Shown: positions 39,302 through 49,666 of the stretch, piece after piece
How positions within the stretch are numbered: position 1 is the stretch's first letter
How the letters are laid out: each line of letters begins with the position of its first letter
Origin: an uncultured delta proteobacterium
GTDB lineage: Bacteria > Desulfobacterota > Binatia > JACPRU01
Direction of reading: 5' to 3'
Length of the DNA: 64,000 bases
NCBI GenBank assembly: GCA_963745025.1
Contig: CAVUWD010000016.1
Location: forward strand, 896,001-960,000
The notes under the pieces: model-generated
Told to the model about the DNA's origin: nothing
Seen by the model: only the letters and a program-made list of their open reading frames with translations
Database searches by the model: none
Program-made: the position numbers and the translations under genes

Positions 39302-39865
39302 ATGTCGAGCGAGGACAAAGCCCGCTGGCACGAAGCCTACGCCACGCTGCCTGCGCCCGAGGAGTCCGTGCCCGCACGGTTCCTGGCCGAGAATATCTCT
39401 CTGCTCGCCCCCGGCCGAACGCTCGACCTCGCCGCGGGAACCGGACGCAATGCGGTCTTCCTCGCCGCACACGGACACCGGGTGCTCGCCGTGGACGTCG
39501 CGCGAACCGCGCTCGAGGCGATCCGCCGCCGCTGCGCGATCGACGTTGCGCAGGTCGATCTCGATCAGCCGTGCTTTCGCCCCCGCTCGGTCGACAACCT
39601 GGTCTCGATCAATTTTCTCGACCGGCGCTTGTTTCCCGAGATGCTCGGCTGGCTGAAGCCGGGAGGTGTATTGCTCTTCGACACGTTCCTGATCGATCAG
39701 CGCGAGCGTGGCCACCCACGAAATCCCGCGTTTCTCCTCGCGCACAACGAGCTTCTGGAGCGAATCCGTGGCCTCCGGATCCTGCACTACCGGGAGGGGC
39801 CGGTCAGCGACCCCTCCGGCACGTCGTATCGCGCGGGAGCCGTTGCCGTGCGCGTACAAAATTGA
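39302..39865 (+). CDS. Class I SAM-dependent methyltransferase (TehB-like)
   Basis: LDLAAGTGRNAVFLA, FLDR and LKPGG. Confidence 0.85.
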   Translation: MSSEDKARWHEAYATLPAPEESVPARFLAENISLLAPGRTLDLAAGTGRNAVFLAAHGHRVLAVDVARTALEAIRRRCAIDVAQVDLDQPCFRPRSVDNLVSINFLDRRLFPEMLGWLKPGGVLLFDTFLIDQRERGHPRNPAFLLAHNELLERIRGLRILHYREGPVSDPSGTSYRAGAVAVRVQN

Positions 39866-39897
39866 CTTCGTTCATGCCGCCTGCGTAAACAAGCGCC

Positions 39898-40947
39898 GTG
39901 CCGAGATCGAGAGCGGGAGCGACCACCGTCACCTACCGCGAGGCGGGTGTCGACATCGAGGCCGGTGACCGGTTCGTCGATCGCGTCATCCGTCTCGCAC
40001 GGCGCACGCGCCGGCGCGAGGTGCTGACCGGGATCGGTGGATTCGGCGCGGCCTTTCGCGCGCCGTCCAGGATGCGCTCTCCAGTCTTCGTCACCTCTAC
40101 GGACGGCGTCGGTACCAAGCTCCGCATCGCCTTCGACCTCGACCGGCACGATACGGTTGGAATCGATCTCGTCGCCATGAACGTCAACGACGTCCTCGCG
40201 CTCGGCGCCGAGCCGCTGGTGTTTCTCGACTACTTCGCCACCGGCCGGCTCGACATTCGCCGGGCCACTCAGGTGATCGCCGGCATCGCCGCCGGCTGCC
40301 GCCAGGCGCGGTGCGCTCTCGTGGGCGGCGAGACCGCGGAGATGCCCTCGTTCTACCCTCCCGGCGAATACGACCTCGCGGGGTTCGTCGTCGCTGCCGT
40401 CGAGCGCTCGCGGCTGATCGACGGCAGCCGGGTTCGTCCCGGCCACGTGTTGATCGGCCTCGCCTCTTCAGGCCTGCACAGCAACGGCTATTCACTGGCG
40501 CGACGGATCGTTGAGCGCCGGCGAATCCCGCTCTCGCGACGGATCGCCGAATTCGGCTGCACGCTCGGCGAAGAGCTGCTACGGCCGACGCGCATCTACG
40601 TTCGACCGCTTCTCGATCTGCTCTCCACCCACCGGGTCGATGCGCTCGCTCACATCACGGGCGGCGGGATCCCCGGAAATCTTCCGCGTGTCCTTCCGGC
40701 CCGCTGCCGGGCGAGAATCCGCCGCGCGTCCTGGACGGTGCCGCCGGTGTTCGAATGGCTACGGCGCATGGGACCCGTGGATTCGGCGGAAGTCGATCGC
40801 ACGCTCAATCAGGGTCTCGGCATGATCATCGCCACGCCCGCGACGGCCGTGGACGGGGTCCTATCGTTTCTCCGTCGCCGCCGCGAGCGCGCCTTCGTGA
40901 TCGGGGAGGTCGTGCGCGGCCGATCGGGAGTCGAGTTCGTCGATTAG
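39898..40947 (+). CDS. purM: Phosphoribosylformylglycinamidine cyclo-ligase
   Basis: YREAGVD, TDGVGTK, GGETAEMP, SSGLHSNGYSL and HITGGG. Confidence 0.97.
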   Translation: MPRSRAGATTVTYREAGVDIEAGDRFVDRVIRLARRTRRREVLTGIGGFGAAFRAPSRMRSPVFVTSTDGVGTKLRIAFDLDRHDTVGIDLVAMNVNDVLALGAEPLVFLDYFATGRLDIRRATQVIAGIAAGCRQARCALVGGETAEMPSFYPPGEYDLAGFVVAAVERSRLIDGSRVRPGHVLIGLASSGLHSNGYSLARRIVERRRIPLSRRIAEFGCTLGEELLRPTRIYVRPLLDLLSTHRVDALAHITGGGIPGNLPRVLPARCRARIRRASWTVPPVFEWLRRMGPVDSAEVDRTLNQGLGMIIATPATAVDGVLSFLRRRRERAFVIGEVVRGRSGVEFVD

Positions 40948-40976
40948 CCCCGAAGCAAAATTATCCGGCGGGGCGA

Positions 40977-41108
40977 AACGCGGCGGGCTCGCGCCTGGCG
41001 CAGGCCGCGTCACGAGCGCCAGGTCTATCCCGATGCCGTCTTTTGGGGCATGGAAAGCTTCGAGAAAGAAGCTCGTGGCGGACGAGCCAGGCGCGAGCTC
41101 GCCGCGTT
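40977..41108 (+). other. Long intergenic stem-loop structure (candidate ncRNA, cis-element or MITE)
   Basis: 23-bp arms 40977-40999/41086-41108 and 10-bp inner arms 41008-41017/41071-41080; each stem has one G-U pair on the + strand. Confidence 0.6.
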
Positions 41109-41172
41109 CAGGTCACGGAAACAATTTCGGACCAAGTTTAGACCGTTCGGAGCGGATGTGTAGGGGGTAACC

Positions 41173-41832
41173 ATGTCGAATCCCTTTCCTTTGGGAATGC
41201 TCGCATCGGGAAGCGGAACGAACCTCCAAGCGATCATCGACGCGATCGAAAGCGGACAGGTTCCCGCGGAGATCCGGGTCGTGGTGTGCAATCGCCCTCA
41301 CGCCAAAGCCCTCGAGCGAGCCGAGCGCCACCACTTGCCCATCCAGGTCATCGACCACAAAGCGTTTCCGAGTCGGGAGGCCTTCGACGAGCGGGTCGTC
41401 GAGGTGCTGCGCGAGAAGGAGGTCGAGCTGGTTTGCCTCGCGGGTTTCGATCGGCTGCTGTCGCCGGTCTTCATCCGTGCGTTTCCGGAACGGATCCTCA
41501 ACATTCATCCTGCACTGCTACCCGCCTTCCCCGGGCTGCACGCCCAGCAACAGGCGCTCGAGTACGGCGTCCGCATCGCCGGCTGCACCGTGCACATCGT
41601 CGACGAGAAAACCGATCATGGACCCATCGTCATTCAAGCGGCCGTGCCCGTGTACAGCGACGACACCGTGGACTCGGTCACCGAGCGGATCCTCGTTGAG
41701 GAGCACCGAATCTATCCCGAAGCGATCTGCCTTTTCGCAGAGCGCCGCATTCGCATCGAGGGGCGCCGCATTCGCATTCTCGACGAAGAGCCCCTCGCCG
41801 ACCGTGCGCTGGTGAATCCGGTGCTCGGCTAG
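41173..41832 (+). CDS. purN: Phosphoribosylglycinamide formyltransferase
   Basis: SGSGTNLQAI, LAGF, NIHPALLPAFPG, GCTVH and DHGPI. Confidence 0.97.
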   Translation: MSNPFPLGMLASGSGTNLQAIIDAIESGQVPAEIRVVVCNRPHAKALERAERHHLPIQVIDHKAFPSREAFDERVVEVLREKEVELVCLAGFDRLLSPVFIRAFPERILNIHPALLPAFPGLHAQQQALEYGVRIAGCTVHIVDEKTDHGPIVIQAAVPVYSDDTVDSVTERILVEEHRIYPEAICLFAERRIRIEGRRIRILDEEPLADRALVNPVLG

Positions 41833-41864
41833 GCCCGCGTGCGGTTCATCGGCCGGGCTCTTCG

Positions 41865-41939
41865 CCTTGAAGCGGGAACAATTCCGGCCAAGACACGTGC
41901 CGAGCACGCTCTGCGGGTCCAAGAATTTTCGCTTCAAGG
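41865..41939. terminator. Hairpin between convergent purN and glycosyltransferase genes
   Basis: CCTTGAAGCGGGAA ... TTTTCGCTTCAAGG stem with inner CGTGC-cga-GCACG. Confidence 0.4.
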
Positions 41940-42617
41940 TTATCGGGTGTCTCGGTAAAGCCGCACCAGCCGTTCGGGGGAAACGCCGAAAAAATAGAGC
42001 GCGCGGATCCACCACATGAGCGCGACGGTGCGGACGACGCCGTGCCGTTGCCAGCGGCGAACCGAAGTGCGCACGCCTTGTCGTAGCGCCGCCACCGGAC
42101 CGCGGCGCCTCATCGCCCGCGACAGGGCCAGGTCCTCGAGCAGCGGCTGCTCCGGAAAGCCTCCGAGATCCTCGAAGACGTCGCGGCGGATGAACAGGCC
42201 CTGATCCCCCGTGAAGATGCCGCTCCAGCGCGAACGTAGATTGATCGCATTCTCGATCAATCGGAAGGCGAGTCCTGGGGCGTCGAGGACGATGTCGAAC
42301 CGACCGCCGATCGCATAGCCGCAGGCCGTGACGATCGCCGCGGCGAACCCTTCGGGTACGATCGTATCGGCATGCAGAAAGAAGAGAATTTGTCCCCGCG
42401 CAACGGCTGCCCCCGCGTTCATCTGTCGTCCGCGGCCGACGGGGCCGGCGAGAATGCGGTCAACGAGCGGGCGGGCGATCTCGCGAGTCTCGTCCTCGCT
42501 CGAGCCGTCGACCACGATCACCTCGAGGACTTCCGGCTCCCGCAGCGGCTCGAGAGTCGCCGCGATCGACCGCGCTTCGTTGCGGGCCGGAACGACGACC
42601 GAGATTCGCTCGCTCAC
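41940..42617 (-). CDS. GT2 glycosyltransferase, TIGR04283-like (rSAM/selenodomain- and arsenosugar-associated)
   Basis: ISVVVPARNEA, VDGSSED, GRGRQMNAGA, FLHADT, GDQGLF, PLLED and TSVRRW. Confidence 0.85.
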   Translation of the reverse strand: MSERISVVVPARNEARSIAATLEPLREPEVLEVIVVDGSSEDETREIARPLVDRILAGPVGRGRQMNAGAAVARGQILFFLHADTIVPEGFAAAIVTACGYAIGGRFDIVLDAPGLAFRLIENAINLRSRWSGIFTGDQGLFIRRDVFEDLGGFPEQPLLEDLALSRAMRRRGPVAALRQGVRTSVRRWQRHGVVRTVALMWWIRALYFFGVSPERLVRLYRDTR

Positions 42618-43360
42618 TTGGGTCGTTCGCCCGTCGCCGCGTTGATTCGCCAATCGAACGGCCGATAGTGAATCTTGGGGTCGGCGACGTCGAGCGCATC
42701 GTGCAAGTCGGGCCGGGTCGTGAGCGGCCGTAAGAATCCCGCGAGCGATCCAGCCTCGCGCTCGAAGTCGCCGCGATACCAAGCAAACAGTCGCGAGAGC
42801 TCGACCCTCCCGGTGGTCGGATCGGCTAGGTTGTGCTCCGGGTCGTTGACGAAGCGGCGCGCCGCGCGCTCGAGCTGCGCATCGAGGCGCTCGGCCGTAT
42901 ATGGCTCGGCGGCCAGTGGCGGCCCGCCGCGGGTACCGTTCGCGATCGCCAGATGAATCCGTGGATCGGCGCTCGCATAGCCGTTGAGAATCACCCGCAC
43001 GTCGTCGAGCGTGCGTCGCACGCCCCCGATCCTCTGTCCGAACCAGTGGAACATCCGCGCGCGTTTCGCCACCGTCTCCGGACTCTCGCCGTGCACGACC
43101 GCCGCGATCACCAGCGCGTGGTAGGCGTTGATCCAGAACGCCACCGCGCGATCGTGATCGAGCCGCGTGGTGTCGGCGTCGGCCAGCCCGCCCAGCACAC
43201 GGGAGAGAAGCTCGCTGTCCTCGCGCGCGAGTGACCGATAGGCAACCTCGCCCGATTCGCTGACGCGCTTGGCGAGAATCGCCGCCCAAGGATCGTCGCC
43301 CGGCCCCTCCGCTGCGGCGAGCGTCGCGGCGAGGAGCACCAGCACGAGAATGAGTCTCAT
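42614..43360 (-). CDS. DUF547 domain secreted protein
   Basis: Signal peptide; AFWINAYHA, DPRIHLA, GPPL, SRLFAWYRGDF and FDWRIN. Confidence 0.85.
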   Translation of the reverse strand: MRLILVLVLLAATLAAAEGPGDDPWAAILAKRVSESGEVAYRSLAREDSELLSRVLGGLADADTTRLDHDRAVAFWINAYHALVIAAVVHGESPETVAKRARMFHWFGQRIGGVRRTLDDVRVILNGYASADPRIHLAIANGTRGGPPLAAEPYTAERLDAQLERAARRFVNDPEHNLADPTTGRVELSRLFAWYRGDFEREAGSLAGFLRPLTTRPDLHDALDVADPKIHYRPFDWRINAATGERPK

Positions 43361-44114
43361 CCGGACTCGGCACCGCCGCCCACCTTGCGGCGGAAGATCT
43401 CCATTGGCATGCGCGTCACCAACAAGCAGACTTCGTTGCCGATGCGACGCGCGCAGAAGCTCGCCCCGCCACGCTGGAAGAATATGGGCTCGCCGCTGGC
43501 CGGCAAAGGATACGGAAAGCTCTCGGCAAATCCATAATCGCAGACGATCGTGTACCGGCCATCGGAATAGACGGAAAGGCGCGCACGCCGACCTCGCAAG
43601 TCCGCGAATGCGCCCCCGACCAGCCGAAAGCCCGCCGCGGACAGGTCGACGACGTGGACGGGAATCCCTTCGGCCGCATGCTGTCGATAGTATGCTTCGA
43701 GATCCCCCGGCTTGGCCGTGTGCAGCGCGAGCTCGAGTGAGCCGTTCGCCGCTCGGTCGTATTCGTGGATGAGCGGCGTGAAGAAGGCGTTGCGATTCCA
43801 AACGACGATCGTCAAGACCACGGCAACGGCGAAGGCGACGACGCCCCCCAGCGAACCGCACTGGACCACCTGGGCACGCTCGCTGCGTGGGCCTCGTCCA
43901 GCGTCGCCAGCACGCGCGTTCGCAGGCCGACGGGCGCCGCTGGATGCAGATCGCGCGCGCGAGAGCGCAAGAGGCCTCGCACGGTGAGCTGGCGGTCGCG
44001 CTCGGCCCGGCACGTCGCACAGCGCTCGAGGTGCCGTCGCGCCTCTTCTTCCGCGGCTCCGAGCACGCGGTCGGCGTCCGCGGCCGCGCATTCTCGGTAT
44101 TCGTCACAATTCAC
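43357..44114 (-). CDS. Zinc-finger (HxxxCxxC) transmembrane anti-sigma factor; frameshift near 43880
   Basis: MNCDE...HLERCATC, TM segment, periplasmic DLSAAGFRLVGG; adjacent to ECF sigma gene. Confidence 0.8.
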
Positions 44115-44115
44115 T

Positions 44116-44691
44116 TCACCGCCTGTCTTTCACGATGCCGCGCTCGCGGGCATAACAGGCGAGCTTCCGCTCGAGGAGCCGGCGTCCGCGCGACAATCGA
44201 GAGCGGACCGTACCGACCGGACAGCCGAGGACGCGCGCCGCTTCCTCGTAGGTGAGCTCCTGAAGATCGACGGCGACGATCGCCGAGCGAAATGTCTCCG
44301 GCAGCTCGCCGATGGCCTGGACGATCTCTTGGTCCATCGTCCCCGAGAGCACGAGCGCCTGCGGATCGCTGTCGACCCCCGAAGCCTCGGTCGCCTCGCG
44401 CGCCGCGCCGGGATCGTCGATATCCACCTGGCCACGCTCGCGCCGGCTCGCGCGATACTGATTGCGAAAGGAATTGTGCAAGATCGTGAGCAGCCAGGCC
44501 CGGCAGTTGGTTCCCGGCTCGAACTGTGAAAAGAAGCGAAACGCGCGCAAGAACGTTTCCTGAACGAGATCGGAAGCGCGGTCGCGATCGCCACAGAGAT
44601 AGAACGCCGCGCTGTAGACATGTTCGAGATGCGGCAGAGCCGCGGCCTCGAACTCGTCGCGACGCGATTCCCGAGCCTCCCTCCTCGGCAT
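44116..44691 (-). CDS. ECF RNA polymerase sigma factor
   Basis: DLVQETFLRAFRFF..FEPGTNCRAWL and YEEAARVLGCPVGTVRSRLSRGR. Confidence 0.93.
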   Translation of the reverse strand: MPRREARESRRDEFEAAALPHLEHVYSAAFYLCGDRDRASDLVQETFLRAFRFFSQFEPGTNCRAWLLTILHNSFRNQYRASRRERGQVDIDDPGAAREATEASGVDSDPQALVLSGTMDQEIVQAIGELPETFRSAIVAVDLQELTYEEAARVLGCPVGTVRSRLSRGRRLLERKLACYARERGIVKDRR

Positions 44692-44791
44692 GCGCGGCTC
44701 TGTAACACACCCGATCTGACGGCACGAGGCAGCGCCTCTGAGGGCAGAACAAACGACGGGTATGGAAAAGTTCCCTGTCTGCGGACGTTCT

Positions 44792-45049
44792 TCAGACGTC
44801 GACGAGGCTGGCGAGGCGGCCCGACCGATCGAGCGAACGCAGCTCCTCGTACCCCCCGATCGGCTTCTCGCCGACGAAAACTTGCGGCACAGTGCGGCGC
44901 CCGGTCGCGCCGACGAGCCATTCCCGCGTGCGCGCATCGGCGGTGACGTCGATCTCTTCGAAAGCGATGCCGCGCTCGCGGAGCAGCTCCTTGGCATGGC
45001 GGCAGAACGAGCAGTAGCTGGCCGTGTAGATACGTACGGAATGTGCCAT
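44792..45049 (-). CDS. grxC: Glutaredoxin 3-like
   Basis: CSFC active site, TVPQVF and IGGY. Confidence 0.88.
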   Translation of the reverse strand: MAHSVRIYTASYCSFCRHAKELLRERGIAFEEIDVTADARTREWLVGATGRRTVPQVFVGEKPIGGYEELRSLDRSGRLASLVDV

Positions 45050-45100
45050 GCCTCACTCTCGATTGACGGGTCGGGGGGCGGCCGTTAAGAAAGACGGTTC

Positions 45101-45892
45101 ATGCCCCGCCCTTCTCCCGAAACCGCATTGGCATTTCTCGATCTCGTGGAAACCGTGGCAACGCTTCGCCGCGAGTGCCCGTGGGATCGCGAGCAGACCT
45201 CCGCCTCGATTATGCCATTCCTGATCGAGGAAACCTACGAGGTGCTCGAAGCGCTCGAGTCCGAGAAGCCGGAGGACGTCCGCGGCGAGCTGGGTGATTT
45301 GCTGCTGCAGATTCTGCTTCACGCCGAGATGGCTGCGGAGCGCGGCGAGTTCGACATCCGCGCGGTCATGGACAGCGTGCGCGAGAAGATGGTGCGCAGA
45401 CATCCGCACGTCTTCGCGGGCGTCGACGTTGCCGGCACGCAGGAGGTTCTCGGCAACTGGTCCCGGATCAAGGCCGAGGAGCGCCGGGCGAAGCAGGAGG
45501 ACGCCTCGGTGCTCGCCGGTGTTCCCGCCTCCCTGCCGGCGCTGCTGCGTGCCGAGCGTCTCGGCGAGAAGGCCTCGCGCGTCGGATTCGACTGGACGAC
45601 TGCGCGTGAGGTTCTTGGCAAGGTCCACGAGGAGCTCGCCGAGCTCGGCGCGGCGCTCGACGCGGAGCGCATCGAGGACATCGAGTCCGAGGTCGGCGAT
45701 TGTCTCTTCGCGCTCGCGAGCCTCGCTCGCAAATCCGGCGTGAGCGCCGAGCTCGCGCTTCGCCGCAGCCTCGAACGGTTCATCGACCGCTTCCGGTTCG
45801 TAGAGCACGAGCTCGAACGGCAAGGCCGCTCCGCCCACGAGGCGTCGCTTGAGGAGATGGAAGCACTCTGGCAGCAAGCCAAGCGTCGTTGA
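45101..45892 (+). CDS. mazG: Nucleoside triphosphate pyrophosphohydrolase MazG
   Basis: CPWDREQT, EETYE, ELGDLL, RRHPHVF and GFDW. Confidence 0.95.
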   Translation: MPRPSPETALAFLDLVETVATLRRECPWDREQTSASIMPFLIEETYEVLEALESEKPEDVRGELGDLLLQILLHAEMAAERGEFDIRAVMDSVREKMVRRHPHVFAGVDVAGTQEVLGNWSRIKAEERRAKQEDASVLAGVPASLPALLRAERLGEKASRVGFDWTTAREVLGKVHEELAELGAALDAERIEDIESEVGDCLFALASLARKSGVSAELALRRSLERFIDRFRFVEHELERQGRSAHEASLEEMEALWQQAKRR

Positions 45893-45917
45893 CCGACCGC
45901 GCCCGGAATGTTACCAA
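45889..45917 (+). promoter_or_regulatory. Possible sigma70 promoter of rpsT
   Basis: TTGACC-N17-TACCAA with an extended TG. Confidence 0.3.
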
Positions 45918-45955
45918 GATTGGATCGACTCGGAGTCTGGTAAGGAGCGACCCCT

Positions 45956-46228
45956 TTGGCTACCCACAAGTCCGCAGAGAAGCGTCACCGCCAGAGCGAG
46001 AAACGCCGCACCCGCAATCACGCGTTGAAGTCGCGCTTGCGGACGCTCGTCAAGCGCGTCGAGAACGCCCTCCAGCGGAAGAATACCGCCGAAGCGGAGA
46101 GCGAGCTCCGCGTCGCCGCCCGTGAGCTCGACAAAGCGGTCACCAAAGGATTGCTCCATCGCAACAACGCGTCGCGGCGGCTTTCGCGGTTGACCCTTCG
46201 ATTGAACGGCCTCAGCGCGGCCTCCTGA
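45956..46228 (+). CDS. rpsT: 30S ribosomal protein S20
   Basis: HKSAEKRHRQSEKRR.RN...KGLLHRNNASRR; AAGGAG RBS with TTG start. Confidence 0.97.
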   Translation: MATHKSAEKRHRQSEKRRTRNHALKSRLRTLVKRVENALQRKNTAEAESELRVAARELDKAVTKGLLHRNNASRRLSRLTLRLNGLSAAS

Positions 46229-46235
46229 GCGCCAC

Positions 46236-47291
46236 TCAGGCGAGGAGCTGTGCGAGCACGCGCAGCAACACGCCGATCTCTTCATCGGTCCCCACGGTGA
46301 TACGCAGCGCGTCCCGTAGAGCGGCGGTCGGAAAGTGGCGGACGAGCACGCCGCGTCGCTTGAGCCCTTCGTAGAGCGGTCCGAGGTTTTCGCCCGGCCG
46401 GCGCGCCAGCACGAAGTTCGCCTGCGAGGGCGGCACCTCGAATCCCATCTCGAGGAGCTTCTCGGTCAGCGCATCGCGTGTGCGGCGGATGCGCCGCACG
46501 TTCGCCTCCATCCAGCGTGGGTCCCGCAGAGCTGCCGCACCCGCGACGGTGCTCAGGCGATTCACGTTGTAGGAGTCCTTGACCTTGGCGAACTCGGCGA
46601 TCGCCGCGGCCGCCGCAAACGCCAGGCCGATCCGCACGCCCGCAAGCGAATACGACTTCGAAAGGGTGCGGAGGATGACGACGTTCTGGAACTCTCGCAG
46701 GAGCTCGAGGCAATCGCCGTCGGCGAAGTCCACGTAGGCTTCGTCGATCACGACGAGCCGGTCCCGCCGCCGAAAGAGCGGGCCCAGAGCCGCGGCGGGG
46801 ATCCGCGTCCCGGACGGCGAGTTCGGGTTGCAGACGATGACGAGACGCGCGTCGGCGTGGGCGAGCGCCTCCGGCAGCGAGAAGTCGGGCGGAAAGGGTA
46901 CGTGCAGGGCTTCCCCGCTGTGGATCGCCACGAGCGTGTCGTAGAGGCTGTAGGTGGGGACCGGATAAGCGACGCGATCGCCCGGGTCGATCGTCGCGCG
47001 CATCACGATCGTCAACAGCTCGTCCGAGCCGTTGCCGACGAGCACGTTCTCGGGCTCCAGACGGTAGAGTCGCGCGGCGCGCTCGCGAAGCTCGTCCGCG
47101 AGCGGCCGCGGATAGAGCCGAAGATTCTCGCCGATCGCGTCGTGGAGCGCCTCGAAGACCTGTGGCGAAGGAGGGTACGGATTCTCGTTGGTGTTGAGCT
47201 TGACGTAGCGGCGATCACGCGGCTGTTCGCCGGGAACGTATCCCTCCATGCCGACGACGGTTTTGCGAAACACTGCGGCGTCCCTCCTCAA
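46236..47291 (-). CDS. hisC: Histidinol-phosphate aminotransferase
   Basis: KLNTNENPY, GNGSDE, NPNSPSG, DEAY, RTLSKSYSLAGVRIG and RITVG. Confidence 0.93.
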   Translation of the reverse strand: MRRDAAVFRKTVVGMEGYVPGEQPRDRRYVKLNTNENPYPPSPQVFEALHDAIGENLRLYPRPLADELRERAARLYRLEPENVLVGNGSDELLTIVMRATIDPGDRVAYPVPTYSLYDTLVAIHSGEALHVPFPPDFSLPEALAHADARLVIVCNPNSPSGTRIPAAALGPLFRRRDRLVVIDEAYVDFADGDCLELLREFQNVVILRTLSKSYSLAGVRIGLAFAAAAAIAEFAKVKDSYNVNRLSTVAGAAALRDPRWMEANVRRIRRTRDALTEKLLEMGFEVPPSQANFVLARRPGENLGPLYEGLKRRGVLVRHFPTAALRDALRITVGTDEEIGVLLRVLAQLLA

Positions 47292-48647
47292 CGTCCGATG
47301 ACGCGGCGGTGAGCGATCTCGTCGAGGATCTCGACCCGCTGTGAGGCTTCCGCAGCCTCGTCCGTATCAGGCCGAAACAATTTGACCGACTTCTCATACT
47401 GCGCCCGCGCCTGCTCGACGTCGCCGCGCATCTCGAGCGCACGAGCGAGATGGTAGAAGCCGCGAGCGGAATCGCCGCTGCGCCCATATGCCTGACCGAG
47501 ATCGAACTCGACCTGATCGACCGCCGGCGCGAGCGCGCGGGCACGATCGAGCTCGCGGATCGCTCCGGCGTAGTCGCCCTTGCTGAGCAGCACTTGCCCG
47601 AGAAGGCCCCTCGCCTCGGCATCGTCCGGAGCGGCTTCCACGCGCCCGCGCAGGAGGAGGAGCGCGCCCGCGATGTCACCGGAGCGGAAACGAGCCAGCG
47701 CGATGTCGTCGTCGAGATCCGATGCGCCCGCGGCCTTGGCCTTGTCGAGGGCGGCAAGCGCCGCGGGCAGCTCCCTCTGGTAGAGGAGCACGATCCCATA
47801 GAGCGCCAATGCCCGGCTACCGGCCGCGCTGGCCTTTTCGTAACGCGCGCGAATGCCTGCGGTCCCCGCCGAGTGCGCGGACGATCGCCTGCACTCGTTC
47901 CAGCGCGAAGCTCGCCTGTTGCGACCCCGGCACCGCGGGCACATTCCGGCTCGCCGCCTCGAGAGTGCTGATGCGCTCGTCCGTGAGGGGGTGAGAGAGC
48001 ATGTAGGGCGGGATCTGGTCGATCGGCATCGTCCGCTGCTCCTCCCAAAGCCGCTTCATGAAGGTCACCATGCCCTGTGGGTCGAATCCTGCCACACGCA
48101 TGTAGCGCATGCCGAGATAGTCCGCCTCCTGCTCGAACTCACGCTGGTACTTGAGCTGCGCCGTCGCGTTGATACCCATCGCGGCCGCGCCGATCGCCGG
48201 CTGTACGACGGACAGCAGCATGCCCGCCAGCGCGGCATAGCTGAGAAGCTGCGTCTTTTCCTGCTGGCGAACGATGTGATGCGCGTGGCTGTGGCCGATC
48301 TCGTGTCCGAGCACTCCGGCGAGCTCGGAATCGTTGCCGACGCGCAGTAGAAGCCCCGAGTTCAGGTAGACGAAGCCACCCGGGACCGCGAACGCATTGA
48401 TCGAACCGTCGTTGACGACGCTGAAGCGATACTCGAAGGGCTGCGGCGCGTCGAGCCGCGCCACGATCCGCTGACCGATACCGTTGACGTAGTTGACGAC
48501 CGCCGGCTCGCGCACGATCGGTAAGGCGCTCGCCGCCTCGATCGAGAAGCGATCGCCGAGCTTTCGCTCCTCGGCGATCGGATAACCGCGGGCCTCGCCG
48601 ACGAGCGCGATCAGCAGGCCGGCGGCACCCGCGAGCCGCCGCTTCAA
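47288..48647 (-). CDS. M48 family metalloprotease with TPR domain (BepA/YfgC-like); frameshift near 47870
   Basis: [22 protein letters not shown] and SHPLTDERI, then TPR repeats in a second frame. Confidence 0.85.
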
Positions 48648-49639
48648 GAGGAGCGCGCCCCGCGGTCCTTCAGAATTCGCGCGGCGTCCTTGGCGGAGTA
48701 CGTGAGGATGAAATCGGCCCCTGCCCGCCGAATCGCCGTCAGGATTTCGATCGTCACGCGCTCGCCATCCAGCCAGCCGCGCTCCTCGGCCGCCTTCAGC
48801 ATGGCGTACTCTCCGCTCACGTTGTACGCGGCGATCGGCACGCCGGGGAATCGCTCGCGGGCGCGGCGGATGACGTCGAGGTAGGGGAGCGCGGGTTTGA
48901 CCATGATGATGTCGGCGCCCTCTTCGAGGTCGAGCGCGATTTCCCGCAGCGCCTCGTCGCCGTTCGCGGGATCCATCTGGTAGCCGCGGCGATCGCCGAA
49001 CTGTGGCGTCGATTCCGCCGCCTCGCGAAACGGTCCATAGAAGCCAGAGGCGTATTTTGCCGCATAGGAGAGGATCGGTGTGGTCTCGAACCCCTCGCGA
49101 TCGAGCGCCTGACGAATCGCACGCACCCGACCATCCATCATGTCCGATGGCGCGACCACGTGCGCCCCGGCCTTGGCGTGGCACACGGCCTCCCGCGCCA
49201 GCAGATCGAGCGTGCGGTCGTTGTCAACCTCCTCCCCGCGCAGCACGCCGCAGTGGCCATGATCCGTGTACTCGCAGAGGCAGACGTCGGTGAGGACGAG
49301 GAGATCGGGAACGGCCTCACGGATCGCTCGCACCGCCTCGGGGATCACGCCCGAGGGATCGTAGGCCTCGCTTCCGACCGGGTCTTTGCGCGCGGGAATC
49401 CCGAAGAGGACGATCCCCGGAATACCGAGACCACGGACCTCCCGCGCCTCGGCAACCGCGCGATCCACCGAGAGCTGGCACACTCCCGGCATCGAGCCGA
49501 TCGGCCGAGCCACGTTGCGGCCGTGAACCACGAACATCGGGTACACGAGATCCCCGACTTCGAGATGCGTCTCGCGAACCAGCTCACGGAGGATCGCGTT
49601 ACCGCGCAAGCGGCGCAGGCGCTGTGTGGGAAAACCCAT
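48644..49639 (-). CDS. hemB: Porphobilinogen synthase
   Basis: [27 protein letters not shown] and YNVSGEY. Confidence 0.97.
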   Translation of the reverse strand: MGFPTQRLRRLRGNAILRELVRETHLEVGDLVYPMFVVHGRNVARPIGSMPGVCQLSVDRAVAEAREVRGLGIPGIVLFGIPARKDPVGSEAYDPSGVIPEAVRAIREAVPDLLVLTDVCLCEYTDHGHCGVLRGEEVDNDRTLDLLAREAVCHAKAGAHVVAPSDMMDGRVRAIRQALDREGFETTPILSYAAKYASGFYGPFREAAESTPQFGDRRGYQMDPANGDEALREIALDLEEGADIIMVKPALPYLDVIRRARERFPGVPIAAYNVSGEYAMLKAAEERGWLDGERVTIEILTAIRRAGADFILTYSAKDAARILKDRGARSS

Positions 49640-49666
49640 CCGAGTCTCCGCTACTCCGTCTCGGGG

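Noticed and set aside
40977-41108. ZTP riboswitch, 6S RNA or SRP RNA identity for the purM-purN structure
   Set aside because: Diagnostic sequence motifs were not found by eye and the context is atypical; left unassigned.
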